From: an uncultured virus (IMG/VR IMGVR_UViG_3300021963_000092)
Lineage: Duplodnaviria; Heunggongvirae; Uroviricota; Caudoviricetes
IMG/VR virus record: IMGVR_UViG_3300021963_000092
Span: 1 to 64,000 of that record
DNA: 64,000 bases
Reading direction: 5' to 3' (one strand)
Shown: one piece after another, positions 8,164-18,482 of the stretch
Position numbering within the stretch: the stretch's first letter is position 1
How the letters are laid out: the number at the start of each line of letters is the position of its first letter
Notes under the pieces: generated by a model
Told to the model about the DNA's origin: nothing
Seen by the model: only the letters and a program-made list of their open reading frames with translations
The model's database searches: none
Translations under genes and position numbers: made by a program

Positions 8164-9360
8164 TTATGGTAATGGTCTTCTGACAAGAGGCGGTCCAAAA
8201 TCTGCTGGATATGATCTCGCACCGGTATCTGCTGCTTCTTCAAGGAATCTGCCTCCAATGTCAATTTGTGGGGATTTCTTAGTGAGGATATCAACTTCCT
8301 GGAAGCTGAGCGACACGTTTACTTCGGTGGGCGAGCCATCGTTGAAAGAAGAAAATTGATCCCCACCATATGTAACATCCATCGATGTTAATACGCAACG
8401 TGCAAATTTGTGTATGTATTCGTTTTCACGACCTCTAAAATAGTATTTAATATCAAACTCTGAAGGGTAAATAAAGAAAAGCTTGTCATTAGTTATATTT
8501 GGATGCATGTGATATTTAAACAAATTAATAATATCACGAACCATGTTCGTTTCAGTTTTACTCTTAGGTAAGAATTTATACTTAAAAGTGAAGGATCTAG
8601 GATCCATTGATTCAAAAATAACTTCTCTAAAAGGGTTTAAAGTACGACCGGTACCAGCGCTTAATGCAGCCCCTATATCCCCGATACCTAAAAAAGAAGG
8701 TATACTTACAAGTTTTGAAAGTACAGCGGTACCGACTGCTGCTCCAGCTCCGGTTACAGCCGATTTAAAATTATCCATATTTCTACTACTAATAGCATCT
8801 ACTATTGCACTACCTGGACCGACTAGACCCGCTAACATTCCGATATCTTTATTAGAATAATTAACATTGTATTTAACTGAAGGAGGTCCATCAACATGTA
8901 ACGTTATTACATCTGTAAGTATGTATTTGGTGTCAGGTTCAATTAAACTAAAATCTTCGATTAAAAAATCTACGGCTACCGCACCCACGACGCCAGCGAC
9001 AAACTGACCGCCTGCACCGGTGCTTGAGACTAACCGGCTTAGACCGATACCCCCTGCTACTGCTGCTGTTGTTGTAGCTACGTTAGCTAACTCTTCTTCA
9101 GTAGGATTATCAACAGCTCCTTGGCTTGGAGCATCTCCTTCTTTTATCTTAGATCTATTTGGAGACGCTCTAATAGACTTACCCCGCTCAACAATAGTAA
9201 ATTCGACATAGTGTAGTGAGTCCTGACTTGTAAGATCAGCCGGGTAAGTGTACAAACCAATATTAAAGATCTTACGTATTGCAGAACCAATAGTATCTTC
9301 AACAACATTACTTAAAGTTTCTTTAAAGCGTCTTTTAAGTTGATCTTTTAGGTAAGACAT
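8164..9360 (-). CDS. gp48: baseplate tail-tube cap gp48
   Basis: NPFREVIFESM..RSFTFKYKFLPKS..E, FKYHMHP, YPSEFDI, CVLTSMDVTY; start 9360 preferred because it avoids overlap with gp4. Confidence 0.82.
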   Translation of the reverse strand: MSYLKDQLKRRFKETLSNVVEDTIGSAIRKIFNIGLYTYPADLTSQDSLHYVEFTIVERGKSIRASPNRSKIKEGDAPSQGAVDNPTEEELANVATTTAAVAGGIGLSRLVSSTGAGGQFVAGVVGAVAVDFLIEDFSLIEPDTKYILTDVITLHVDGPPSVKYNVNYSNKDIGMLAGLVGPGSAIVDAISSRNMDNFKSAVTGAGAAVGTAVLSKLVSIPSFLGIGDIGAALSAGTGRTLNPFREVIFESMDPRSFTFKYKFLPKSKTETNMVRDIINLFKYHMHPNITNDKLFFIYPSEFDIKYYFRGRENEYIHKFARCVLTSMDVTYGGDQFSSFNDGSPTEVNVSLSFQEVDILTKKSPQIDIGGRFLEEAADTGARSYPADFGPPLVRRPLP

Positions 9361-9397
9361 AGGATAAATACTGTTAAAGGTTATGTAATATTTATCC

Positions 9398-9847
9398 ATG
9401 TACAACAGTGTTTATAAAGGTCGGTATAAAGTTAAAAATACTACCAAGTATAAAGGTGATTCTGGAGATGTAGTTTATAGATCATCCTGGGAACTTCAGT
9501 TTATGAAATGGTGCGATCAAAACGAATCCGTTTTAGAATGGGGCTCAGAGATTGCTGTAATACCTTATAAATCACCAGTTGACAACAAAGTACATCGTTA
9601 TTTTGTAGACTTCTATGTAAAGATTAAAGATAAGAACGGAAGTGTTCAGAAGTATCTTATAGAAATTAAGCCTGAGAAGTTTACAAAGCCGCCAGAGATA
9701 CCTAAACGTAAGACGCGTAAGTTTATAGAAGAAGTGTTTCAATATGGTACAAATCAGGCTAAATGGAAAGCAGCTGATAGCTACTGTAATAAGAATAATC
9801 TGAAGTTTTTAGTACTAACCGAAAAAGATCTGGGTGTACCCCTGTAA
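9398..9847 (+). CDS. gp4: head completion nuclease gp4
   Basis: YKG.Y...N..KYKGD, YRSSWE..FMKWCD, WGSE, HRYFVDF, IEIKP, NQAKWKAA. Confidence 0.92.
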   Translation: MYNSVYKGRYKVKNTTKYKGDSGDVVYRSSWELQFMKWCDQNESVLEWGSEIAVIPYKSPVDNKVHRYFVDFYVKIKDKNGSVQKYLIEIKPEKFTKPPEIPKRKTRKFIEEVFQYGTNQAKWKAADSYCNKNNLKFLVLTEKDLGVPL

Positions 9848-9858
9848 TAAATATTCCT

Positions 9859-10422
9859 ATGGCAGAAAATCTATTTCAAAATATAAGAGTCAAAGCCGGG
9901 GATACTGAGAAATCATTTAACTGGTACAGACAACAAGTTAGTAATCTACGTGCATTAAGTTCCACTCAGTTAATGAGAAACACACCAGATTTAACTACAG
10001 TTATATTACCTGGTATGATGTATATGTTTCTTTATGATCCTAAACATAAAGAAACTCTACCTGTATACGATAGATTTCCGCTAGTCTTACCATTTAGAAA
10101 AGTATCGGACGGCTTCTATGGTATTAATTTACACTATTTACCATATTTGCTTAGATTTAAATTACTCGGTGCATTACAAGAATATACTACATCTGAAAAG
10201 ATTAGTGAGAAAACAAGATTGAAACTAAGCTGGAATCTACTGCAAAACATGACTAGAGTAGCCCCAGTGCAGAAAACGGTAAAACATTATCTTTATAGTC
10301 AGCTTGAAACAAAATTTTTAAATATAAAGTACCCGGATTGGACAACTGCTGCAATGCTCCCAGTTGAAAAATTTATCGGTAAAACAAAACAGGATGTCTG
10401 GAAGCAGACTAATAAGAGATAA
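9859..10422 (+). CDS. gp2: DNA end protector gp2
   Basis: YDPKHKETLPVYDRFPLV, GINLHYL, KHYL motifs. Confidence 0.9.
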   Translation: MAENLFQNIRVKAGDTEKSFNWYRQQVSNLRALSSTQLMRNTPDLTTVILPGMMYMFLYDPKHKETLPVYDRFPLVLPFRKVSDGFYGINLHYLPYLLRFKLLGALQEYTTSEKISEKTRLKLSWNLLQNMTRVAPVQKTVKHYLYSQLETKFLNIKYPDWTTAAMLPVEKFIGKTKQDVWKQTNKR

Positions 10423-10424
10423 GA

Positions 10425-11054
10425 ATGGCTAAATCTAATTTTTCTTTAAGTGATTTCGTATCTGCTGTACGGAATGACAGCTTAGCTAGAACTAATCGCT
10501 TTGAGGTAATATTACCATCTAAGCCTGGTAGCAAGGCTAAGCCTAATTTTGTAAGTTTAATGTGTGAGCAAGCACAGTTTCCTGCTTTATCTGTACCTAC
10601 TCGTACACAAAAAATTTTCGGTCCTCCTAGAATAAGGCCGATCACATCTGAATATAGCAGTGCAGTACAATTCGTATTTCATGTTGATAGAGATATGAAG
10701 GTTAAAGAGTATTTTGACAACTGGGTACATACAGTTATTTCCCCTACTAATTTTACCGTTAATTATCAGAGAGATTATGCGTCTAGTATTTTTTTACGAC
10801 AGCTTGACGAAAAAGATAATGTAACGTATGAAATTGAATTCATAGAAGCGTTTCCAGTTTTAGTTGGTCAGATGGATGTTAGTAACTTATCGAGTAACCA
10901 GACACACAGACTTAATGTTAATTTTAGCTTTAAATATTGGGTAGATACCAGTAAAGGATATAATTCTTCTACAGCCAAAGCTATAACAGCTATTTCTAGA
11001 ATCCTTACCACACCAGGTATACCGATTATTGATACCTTGTTTAGAGGAAAATAA
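10425..11054 (+). CDS. gp54: baseplate tail-tube initiator (gp54 / gp19-like)
   Basis: LARTNRFEV, F.VDRDM....YFDNW, EAFP, FSFKYW tube-fold motifs. Confidence 0.78.
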   Translation: MAKSNFSLSDFVSAVRNDSLARTNRFEVILPSKPGSKAKPNFVSLMCEQAQFPALSVPTRTQKIFGPPRIRPITSEYSSAVQFVFHVDRDMKVKEYFDNWVHTVISPTNFTVNYQRDYASSIFLRQLDEKDNVTYEIEFIEAFPVLVGQMDVSNLSSNQTHRLNVNFSFKYWVDTSKGYNSSTAKAITAISRILTTPGIPIIDTLFRGK

Positions 11055-11056
11055 AA

Positions 11057-11545
11057 ATGTATTTTTCTCAATTTCCTGTTACTTTATACACACTTGATGA
11101 TAAAGCGTCAGCTCAGTATGTTCGCAATATTTTTCTAAGAATATCTTTTTCGGAAGATATAAAAAATAAACTAGCAATCTACGATGAGTATGATATTAAG
11201 GAAGGTGAAACCCCAGAAATAGTTTCCTTTAATCTCTACGGAACTACAGAGTATCATTGGTTAATACTTCACACTAATGATATTTTAGATCCAAGATTTG
11301 AATGGGTGCTTTCTAATAAACAGCTTAGCGACTATGTAAGTTCTAAATACAATAACCCAGCTGGCACACATCACTACGTAGATACAGACGGCTATATTGT
11401 AAATTCATCTGCCTCGGGCGCAACGCCAGTCTCAAACTACCAGTACGAAGAAGATCTTAATGAAACTAAAAGAAGAATTAAAGTTATTAAGCCGTTATTC
11501 GTAGCAGCTATAGTTAACGAGTTTAATAGAAAGATTAAACTATAA
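11057..11545 (+). CDS. gp53: baseplate wedge protein gp53
   Basis: MYFSQFP, GETPEIVS..LYG....HWLIL..N, HHY, YEE.LNE.KRRIK. Confidence 0.9.
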   Translation: MYFSQFPVTLYTLDDKASAQYVRNIFLRISFSEDIKNKLAIYDEYDIKEGETPEIVSFNLYGTTEYHWLILHTNDILDPRFEWVLSNKQLSDYVSSKYNNPAGTHHYVDTDGYIVNSSASGATPVSNYQYEEDLNETKRRIKVIKPLFVAAIVNEFNRKIKL

Positions 11546-12885
11546 TGTCTAACGAATTTATCACACACGCTGGTGCGGTGCTAATTGAAGATATTGCTGT
11601 TATAAGCAGTAGTGGTGGTTTAATAAGTCTAAAAGACTTTCTTGTTGAATTAAATTTATATGAGGATATTTTTTCTAATTTCATCACGGGTAATATAGCC
11701 CTTACAGATAGTAGGAATCTTGTAGAACTTCTTAATCTAAAAGGTGAAGAGATATTACTCGTTAAATTTAAGACCCCTTCTTTTCCAACCAGTATATCTA
11801 AAGCATTTAGAGTATACCGAATAAGCGATCGATCTATAGCTTTAGATACTAGTACTCAAATTTTTGTAATGCATTTTACATCTCTGGAATTTATATACGA
11901 CATTACCCTACCTCTTTTTCTTCCTTTTGAGGGGGATATTAAAAATATAGTAACTAATATTTTTAATAATTTTATTTCAACAGAAAGAGAATATACTGCG
12001 GAAGAAGGTTCTTACTTAACAGGAACAAATAAATCAACTATATCATTTATTGGGGAGACCTCTAATAAAGTAAAATTTGTTTCTCCTGGGTGGCTTCCTT
12101 CGAAATGCATAAACTGGCTTGCTACAAAAGCTATACCTAAAGATTATGTTGCTAAGAGTTTTTTATTTTTCGAAACCAGCCAAAGATTTTGTTTTGCCTG
12201 TGTAGAAGCTTTGCTTAAAAATATAAAACAACTTTCCATAGGTAAGTATACTGTTGGTGCATCTAATATAGCGGTAGATTCGTCTAATCCTGATGCCTCT
12301 AGTATTAACCGAGAATATTTTCTTGCCAAAAATTTTAAAATAATAGAAAACGTAGATAATGTTAAGAACATAAGTAATGGGTATCTAGCAAATAGACTTA
12401 TAACCCTTGATTTTCATAATAAAAAATATACTGTAACAGACTATGATTACGTTTCAGAATATAAAAAACAGTTCCATACTACAGGGGAGAACAATAAGAG
12501 TATACCGGTGTTCTCTTCAAATATAATGAGAAACCCTGCTGCTAAAACATCTTTTTACCCAGTTAATCCTCGCCTATACGATAATACAACAGAAAATTTT
12601 AGTGATGTTATTACCGCTATTCATGGTAATAGAAGATCTAGTTTATTAGATATAGATAATATAAAAGCAAATTTGGTAGTACCGGGTCGAACTGACGTTG
12701 AGGTAGGTACATCGTTGTATCTTTCTTACCCGGTTCTCGGTGGAGGCGATAGAACTAATAACGGGGTTACAGAGGATGTAATTTATTCTGGATACTATCT
12801 TATTACTGCTATACACCATACCGTCACTTTAAAATCTCATTATATGACAATGGAAATTGTTAAAGATTCCTTAGGTGTATTATGA
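11545..12885 (+). CDS. baseplate hub protein (gp27-like)
   Basis: YEDIFS..ITG.I...D, FLFFET, VPG..D..VG, SGYYLITAIHH; between gp53 and gp5. Confidence 0.68.
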   Translation: MSNEFITHAGAVLIEDIAVISSSGGLISLKDFLVELNLYEDIFSNFITGNIALTDSRNLVELLNLKGEEILLVKFKTPSFPTSISKAFRVYRISDRSIALDTSTQIFVMHFTSLEFIYDITLPLFLPFEGDIKNIVTNIFNNFISTEREYTAEEGSYLTGTNKSTISFIGETSNKVKFVSPGWLPSKCINWLATKAIPKDYVAKSFLFFETSQRFCFACVEALLKNIKQLSIGKYTVGASNIAVDSSNPDASSINREYFLAKNFKIIENVDNVKNISNGYLANRLITLDFHNKKYTVTDYDYVSEYKKQFHTTGENNKSIPVFSSNIMRNPAAKTSFYPVNPRLYDNTTENFSDVITAIHGNRRSSLLDIDNIKANLVVPGRTDVEVGTSLYLSYPVLGGGDRTNNGVTEDVIYSGYYLITAIHHTVTLKSHYMTMEIVKDSLGVL

Positions 12886-13991
12886 TACAAAATATTTTTA
12901 ATAAAGACGGTTTTGTGTGGTGGGTTGGGGTCGTAGAGGACAGATACGACCCGGAAAAATTAGGTCGCTGTAAGGTAAGAATATTCGGTTACCATACCGA
13001 GAATAAGACCTTACTACCTACATACGACCTCCCCTGGTGTATACCTATCCAACCAATAACGTCTGCTGCTATTTCAGGTATAGGTATTTCTCCTCTTGGT
13101 CCTGTAGAAGGTACCTGGGTTGTCGGCTTCTTTCTCGACGGTGCCGATGGTCAGCAACCAGCAATGTTTGGTACAATTGCTTCTAAGATACCTGGTACAG
13201 CGGTCGCATTCCCAGCCCCAGCATCACGTCAGCAGGTCAGTAATGCTGATACAGGGGTACTTATCGATGAGAACACCAATGAAGCAGTAACGGATGAAGA
13301 TGATGTACCTGTGCCTGCAGCTACTACACCGGTAGACGGATGGGTACTTGGTCAAACTTCTAAGCAATATGAGTCGGGTAATAGAGGTCCTTCTGCTATT
13401 AATGATTATAGAGGAGGTGCAGGAAATGACCCAGGCGGTGCATCATATGGTACATATCAGCTGGTTTCGTATCAACCCGCTATAATGAAAAGCGGAAAAT
13501 CAAGAAGAACAGCTCACTTCCCGCCTGTTGTTCAATTTCTTAATTGGAGTTCATTTAAAGATAAATTTAAATCTCTTGCCCCTGGTACCCCGGCATTCGA
13601 TGCTAAGTGGAGAGAAATTGCAGCTGAATATGGTACACAGTTTGAAACTGAACAGTATAACTTTATAAAAGAAACTTACTATTCAGTTCTGCTTTCTAAT
13701 TTACAAAGACAGGGTTGTGATCTTTCTAGGCGTGGTCCCGGCGTACAAGATCTGATCTGGTCGACTGCAGTTCAGTATGGTCCCGGTTCTAGCGCTGTAA
13801 GTATTTTTTTAAATCCGCTTAAAAATAAAACAAATCTTTCAGATTCAGATATAATTAGATTGGTAAGTGCATATAAAGTGTCGTCAGTATCTACGCACTT
13901 TGCGTCTAGTTCCGCTGATTTAAGAAATAGTGTTAAAAATCGATTTAGTTCTGAAGAAAGCAGTCTATTAAACTTGGTAACAACAGCGTAA
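12882..13991 (+). CDS. gp5 N-terminal OB-fold fused to a lysozyme-like domain
   Basis: WWVGVVEDRYDPEKLGRCKVRIFGYH, LPW, GTWVVGFFLDG..QQP; second domain SKQYESG..G...DPGGASYGTYQL...WSTAVQYG...NRF..E resembles the VgrG3 C-terminal muramidase. Confidence 0.82.
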   Translation: MIQNIFNKDGFVWWVGVVEDRYDPEKLGRCKVRIFGYHTENKTLLPTYDLPWCIPIQPITSAAISGIGISPLGPVEGTWVVGFFLDGADGQQPAMFGTIASKIPGTAVAFPAPASRQQVSNADTGVLIDENTNEAVTDEDDVPVPAATTPVDGWVLGQTSKQYESGNRGPSAINDYRGGAGNDPGGASYGTYQLVSYQPAIMKSGKSRRTAHFPPVVQFLNWSSFKDKFKSLAPGTPAFDAKWREIAAEYGTQFETEQYNFIKETYYSVLLSNLQRQGCDLSRRGPGVQDLIWSTAVQYGPGSSAVSIFLNPLKNKTNLSDSDIIRLVSAYKVSSVSTHFASSSADLRNSVKNRFSSEESSLLNLVTTA

Positions 13992-13992
13992 C

Positions 13993-16227
13993 ATGACGAC
14001 TAATATACAATCACAAGTAAACGAAGAGCTTAAGACATCTGCATCACAAGCGATTATAGATGCAACAGGTCTTGATAATACAAATGCTAATAATATCGCG
14101 GGCAAAGTTTCGCAAGAAATTTCTAATGAACTTGTACAGAGTGTTAATAGGTCTACTAACCAGACAATTAATGATGTAAAAAATAATCTAATAGGAACTT
14201 CGAATCCAGTAGACATTGTAGCTGGTAACTTTTCATCCAGTGAATTAACTAATACCCTTAAAACCGAGATACAAAATCAACTAGTTGATGATATCACATC
14301 TAAATTTGCAAATAAGCTGCAAGGTGAGTTGATTAACGCGTTACCTACAGATAAAGCTTCAATACTTAATATTGAAGCTCTTGCTGGTAGTTTAAGTAGC
14401 TCAGTTAAGTCTTCTATAGTCTCTTCGCTATTCTCGGCTATATCCGGATTATTTAAACCAAAAAAAGTTAAAGACGCGGTCGAGACATCCGCAGCAGAAG
14501 CAGCAGAGCAAGATCGTGATAATCTTGTAGAGACAGCTACACAAAATTATTCTGATCAAACCGTAAATAATGAACTTTCTAAATCTGAGACGTATAATAC
14601 TGACAACGTAGAAAATACAAACATTGTCTCAACCACCTCTTTAGGCTTTGTGGACCCTACAGGTACCTATCCTACTAAAGAATACCAAGGCTTAACTGAT
14701 GTTAATAAGCTAGCTGTTGGTGATATTAGAGGTACTATAGTTCAAAAGAAAAATTTAAATAGAATGCAAGGTGCTAAACTACCTGGTGAAGAATCTTGGA
14801 GTCAACCTCTTTCTCCATTCGTGGGTGAGTATCCTTTCAATAAAGTAATACAGACTGAAAGGGGTCATATTATTGAAATGGATGATACTCCTGGTTCTGA
14901 ACGACTTCATATCTACCATAGATCAGGTACCTTTGTCGAAATTGATGCAAGTGGCTCAGTAACTAAGCGCACTACAGGTTCTTCTTATGAAATTATTGAT
15001 CGCAACGGTAAGATTGCTATCTCTGGTAAAGCTGATATTTCAGTTAACGGAGGATGTAATATCTACGTAGGTACCGATGCTAATATTGAAGTAGAAGGTA
15101 ATACAAGCATTACTTGTCATAATGATATATCAGCAGCTGCAGGGGGTAAGTTTAATCTTTCAGCAGCAGAAGAGTTTAATATTTCTAGCAGCAATGTTAA
15201 TATAGAAGCTAATGTTGCGTTGAATTTATATTCAAATAAAGACTTGAATATGCTCGCAGATGAGAATTTAAACATTAAGTCCTTTTATATGTACACATAT
15301 AGTGTGTACAACTACATTCGTACTGTACTTGATTTACATGAGCAAATTGGTAACGACAGGTATGGTAATACAGCTGGTAATTTTTATTTTACAGCAGCTC
15401 AAACATTTAATATTGATTCACCATTAATAAACGAAAACGTAGGTACCTCGATAAAACCTCAGGGCCCTATCGCAGCTACCGCTGGAAGATCAAAGTTTGG
15501 TGTACTTGATGGTAGAAAAGATATTGATCCGGTAGAAATTGATGATCCCGTTGTTCCCACAATAGCAGATCCTTACGCTTTAAGATTAGAGGAAGATTTA
15601 GCCGCAGAAGGTGAATATGATAATCATAAGAGTCTTATTGTACTCTCAGGACTATCCTCGATAGTTGACTTTGAAAGGCAGCCTAAAGTTATTGAGACTG
15701 CCTCAATACAAAGCCAGCAGAGTAAATTGATTACTGCATCTGAATCCCTGCTCTCAAAAAATCCCCTACCAGGTAACTTCTTCTTGTCATCTAGCTTTAC
15801 AGTTGATATGTTATCTGCTAAAGCGTCCCTTGTTAGAAGCAGAATACCTCAATCAGAAAATTCTGGTCAGATTTATTATAATCTGCAACAGGTAGCACTT
15901 AATATCTTGGAACCAGCGGCTAGTTTATTCCCTAGTCTTATTATAGCTTCTGGTTATCGGTCTAAAGACATAAGTTCTATCAACTCAGAACACCCATTCG
16001 GTTCATGTGTAGATATTCAATTCTTAGGTTATAAACCATCTGATTATTTTAATATAGCTAAACGCCTAGCACGAGTATTAAACTACGATCAGTTAATATT
16101 GGAATATACCAGCTATTCGAATACCCCTTGGATTCATATCTCCTATAAAGGGGAAAACAATCGAAAGCAAGTTATGACGTTCTGGAACAATAGAAAACAC
16201 AGTGATGGTCTATCCAAACTGGCATAA
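13993..16227 (+). CDS. gp5 C-terminal (beta-helix needle) part fused to peptidase M15
   Basis: YPFNKVIQTERGHIIEMDDTPGSERLHIYHRSGTFVEI then beta-helix repeats; C-terminus SGYRS..SEH..GSCVD..DQLILEY..WIHISY. Confidence 0.82.
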   Translation: MTTNIQSQVNEELKTSASQAIIDATGLDNTNANNIAGKVSQEISNELVQSVNRSTNQTINDVKNNLIGTSNPVDIVAGNFSSSELTNTLKTEIQNQLVDDITSKFANKLQGELINALPTDKASILNIEALAGSLSSSVKSSIVSSLFSAISGLFKPKKVKDAVETSAAEAAEQDRDNLVETATQNYSDQTVNNELSKSETYNTDNVENTNIVSTTSLGFVDPTGTYPTKEYQGLTDVNKLAVGDIRGTIVQKKNLNRMQGAKLPGEESWSQPLSPFVGEYPFNKVIQTERGHIIEMDDTPGSERLHIYHRSGTFVEIDASGSVTKRTTGSSYEIIDRNGKIAISGKADISVNGGCNIYVGTDANIEVEGNTSITCHNDISAAAGGKFNLSAAEEFNISSSNVNIEANVALNLYSNKDLNMLADENLNIKSFYMYTYSVYNYIRTVLDLHEQIGNDRYGNTAGNFYFTAAQTFNIDSPLINENVGTSIKPQGPIAATAGRSKFGVLDGRKDIDPVEIDDPVVPTIADPYALRLEEDLAAEGEYDNHKSLIVLSGLSSIVDFERQPKVIETASIQSQQSKLITASESLLSKNPLPGNFFLSSSFTVDMLSAKASLVRSRIPQSENSGQIYYNLQQVALNILEPAASLFPSLIIASGYRSKDISSINSEHPFGSCVDIQFLGYKPSDYFNIAKRLARVLNYDQLILEYTSYSNTPWIHISYKGENNRKQVMTFWNNRKHSDGLSKLA

Positions 16228-16244
16228 ATACTATAGAAAAGCAT

Positions 16245-16637
16245 ATGGCAAGATCATCCAGACAATTTTCTGATTTAGGATTAAGCTTTACACAACATCC
16301 TTCGACAGGAGATGTTGTTTTAAAGTATGATGAAGAAGCTATAAAACAGTCGGTACGAAACTTGATATCGACTCAGCATTATGAAAGACCGTTTCATCCA
16401 GAGATAGGTTGTCAAATATATTCTCTTCTCTTTGAAAACTTCTCACCGATTACTGTTTCTGTTATGAGAAGAACTATATTCGATGTGCTTGCAAAATTCG
16501 AACCTAGAGTTATAGTTCTAGAAGTTAATATAGATGAGCAGGTAGATGAAAATGGTATAGAGGTAGAGGTAGTATTTCGAACAGTAAATAATGAAAGACC
16601 GATAACCGTAAAGACTGCATTAACGAGAATCCGATAA
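16245..16637 (+). CDS. gp25: baseplate wedge subunit gp25
   Basis: FSDL.L.F..HP, AIKQSVRNL, ERPFHPEIG, FEPRV. Confidence 0.92.
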   Translation: MARSSRQFSDLGLSFTQHPSTGDVVLKYDEEAIKQSVRNLISTQHYERPFHPEIGCQIYSLLFENFSPITVSVMRRTIFDVLAKFEPRVIVLEVNIDEQVDENGIEVEVVFRTVNNERPITVKTALTRIR

Positions 16638-18482
16638 ATGGCTAATCTGAGAATTACAGAGTTAGATTTTGATACAATCAAAACTAATTTAAAGACATTT
16701 CTGAATGCTCAAAATGAATTTACAGATTACGATTTTGAAGGGTCTGGTCTATCGGTTCTTATCGATCTGCTTGCTTATAATACTCATTATAACGCATACT
16801 TAGCTAATATGTTAGTTAATGAGATGTTTTTAGATTCAGCTGTTAAAAGATCATCTGCTGTTTCAATAGCTAAGCATCTCGGGTATACACCTAGATCAAT
16901 CGTAGGCTCAACTGCCGTTCTAGACGTCACAGTTAATAATCCAGTTAACCTACCTACATCTTTAACATTACCTATCTACTCACCGTTTACTACGACGATT
17001 AATAGCTCGCAATATACATTCTTAACAACTCAAGCGTATACAATAACCCCATCAAACGGGGTTTATTTGTTTGATAATATTACTGTTAAGCAGGGAACGT
17101 TACTTCAGTATTCCTTTACGGTCGTTGCGCCGGGTCCAGACGAGAAGTATGAAATACCTAACGTTGACGTCGATACAACTACAATGTTAGTTACCGTACA
17201 GACTTCTACTTCAGATACTACAACTACCACGTATACTAATTCAAATACAATCGTAGATGTAGATAGCGCTTCAACGGTATATTTCCTAGAAGAAAACCCA
17301 TTAGGTAAGTATCAGATTTATTTTGGTGATGGAATAATAGGTAAGAAACTAACTGCGGGTAATATTATAACAATTAAATATCTAGTTTCAGTTGGTGCAG
17401 AAACTAATGTATCAGGTAATATTGCCCAGACGTTTCAGTCAGGTGGTGCGATAGGGGGATCAAACGATATCGCTATTACAACTGTAAGCAATTCTACTAA
17501 CGGATCTGCTAAAGAGAGCATTACCTCGATTAAGTTTAATGCACCAAGAGCCTATCTGTCTATGGATAGAGCTGTAACTAAAAATGACTATTCTTCGATA
17601 ATTAAAGCCTCTTATCCGCAGGTAGAAGCTGTATCGGTCTGGGGCGGTGAAGATAACGACCCTCCTATTTACGGCAAAGTTTTTATATCTCTTAAACCGT
17701 ACGAAGGGTATGTAATTAATGAAGCTACTAAGCAGTCTATTAAAAATACCTTATTAAAAGAAAGACAAGTTCTTACAGTATTTCCAGAATTTGTAGATCC
17801 AGATTACACGTACGTTGGTTTGACCGTCGATGTTTCTTATAACAAGAATAGAACAACATCAACAGCTGCTCAGATAAGTAGCTTAGTAAATACAGCTGTA
17901 ATAAATTATTTTACAAATACACTTCAAGAGTTTGAAACACCGTTCTACTATTCTCAGCTTATTAATAAAGTTTTGGCTGTTAATACATCAATAATTAGTG
18001 CAGTTGCTCAAATAGAGTTACAAAAAAGAATACAACCAGTTCTCAACGTTTCCAACTCCTACCTAAGTGATTCTAAACTTAAATTCAGTAACAAACTACA
18101 ACCTGGTACGCTCACGTCAACTCTATTCTACGTATCTTATCTGGGCGAAAGTGTTGGGGTAATTATAAGAGACCTGCCAGACTCAATGCCGCCAGATCTT
18201 AATGGCACCGGTACTCTTCGATTATATAACTTCCTTACAGATGTAGATCTTGGTGCTGTAGGTACAATCAATTATAGACTGGGTGAAATTGTTATAAATG
18301 ATATTATACCTATAGGTTATCCAGCCGGTCAATTTGATGTAAGATTTAACGTAGATCTTCAGAAAGATAGTTATAATATTATCGCTACTCGTAATCAAAT
18401 CGTAACTTATGATAATAGTACAAAGAGTATCCCAGCTAATAGAACTGCCGGTCTAACTATTAACATTACTGCTATTTCATGA
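16638..18482 (+). CDS. gp6: baseplate wedge subunit gp6
   Basis: ELDFDTIK, DYDFEGSGLS.L.DLLAYNTHY, FGDG, RAVT..DY, WGGEDN.PP.YGKVFI. Confidence 0.95.
   Translation: MANLRITELDFDTIKTNLKTFLNAQNEFTDYDFEGSGLSVLIDLLAYNTHYNAYLANMLVNEMFLDSAVKRSSAVSIAKHLGYTPRSIVGSTAVLDVTVNNPVNLPTSLTLPIYSPFTTTINSSQYTFLTTQAYTITPSNGVYLFDNITVKQGTLLQYSFTVVAPGPDEKYEIPNVDVDTTTMLVTVQTSTSDTTTTTYTNSNTIVDVDSASTVYFLEENPLGKYQIYFGDGIIGKKLTAGNIITIKYLVSVGAETNVSGNIAQTFQSGGAIGGSNDIAITTVSNSTNGSAKESITSIKFNAPRAYLSMDRAVTKNDYSSIIKASYPQVEAVSVWGGEDNDPPIYGKVFISLKPYEGYVINEATKQSIKNTLLKERQVLTVFPEFVDPDYTYVGLTVDVSYNKNRTTSTAAQISSLVNTAVINYFTNTLQEFETPFYYSQLINKVLAVNTSIISAVAQIELQKRIQPVLNVSNSYLSDSKLKFSNKLQPGTLTSTLFYVSYLGESVGVIIRDLPDSMPPDLNGTGTLRLYNFLTDVDLGAVGTINYRLGEIVINDIIPIGYPAGQFDVRFNVDLQKDSYNIIATRNQIVTYDNSTKSIPANRTAGLTINITAIS

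Noticed and set aside
9398..9847. TnsA transposase / mobile element
   Set aside because: The nuclease motifs fit head-completion gp4 in its usual position next to gp2; no other transposon genes or ends
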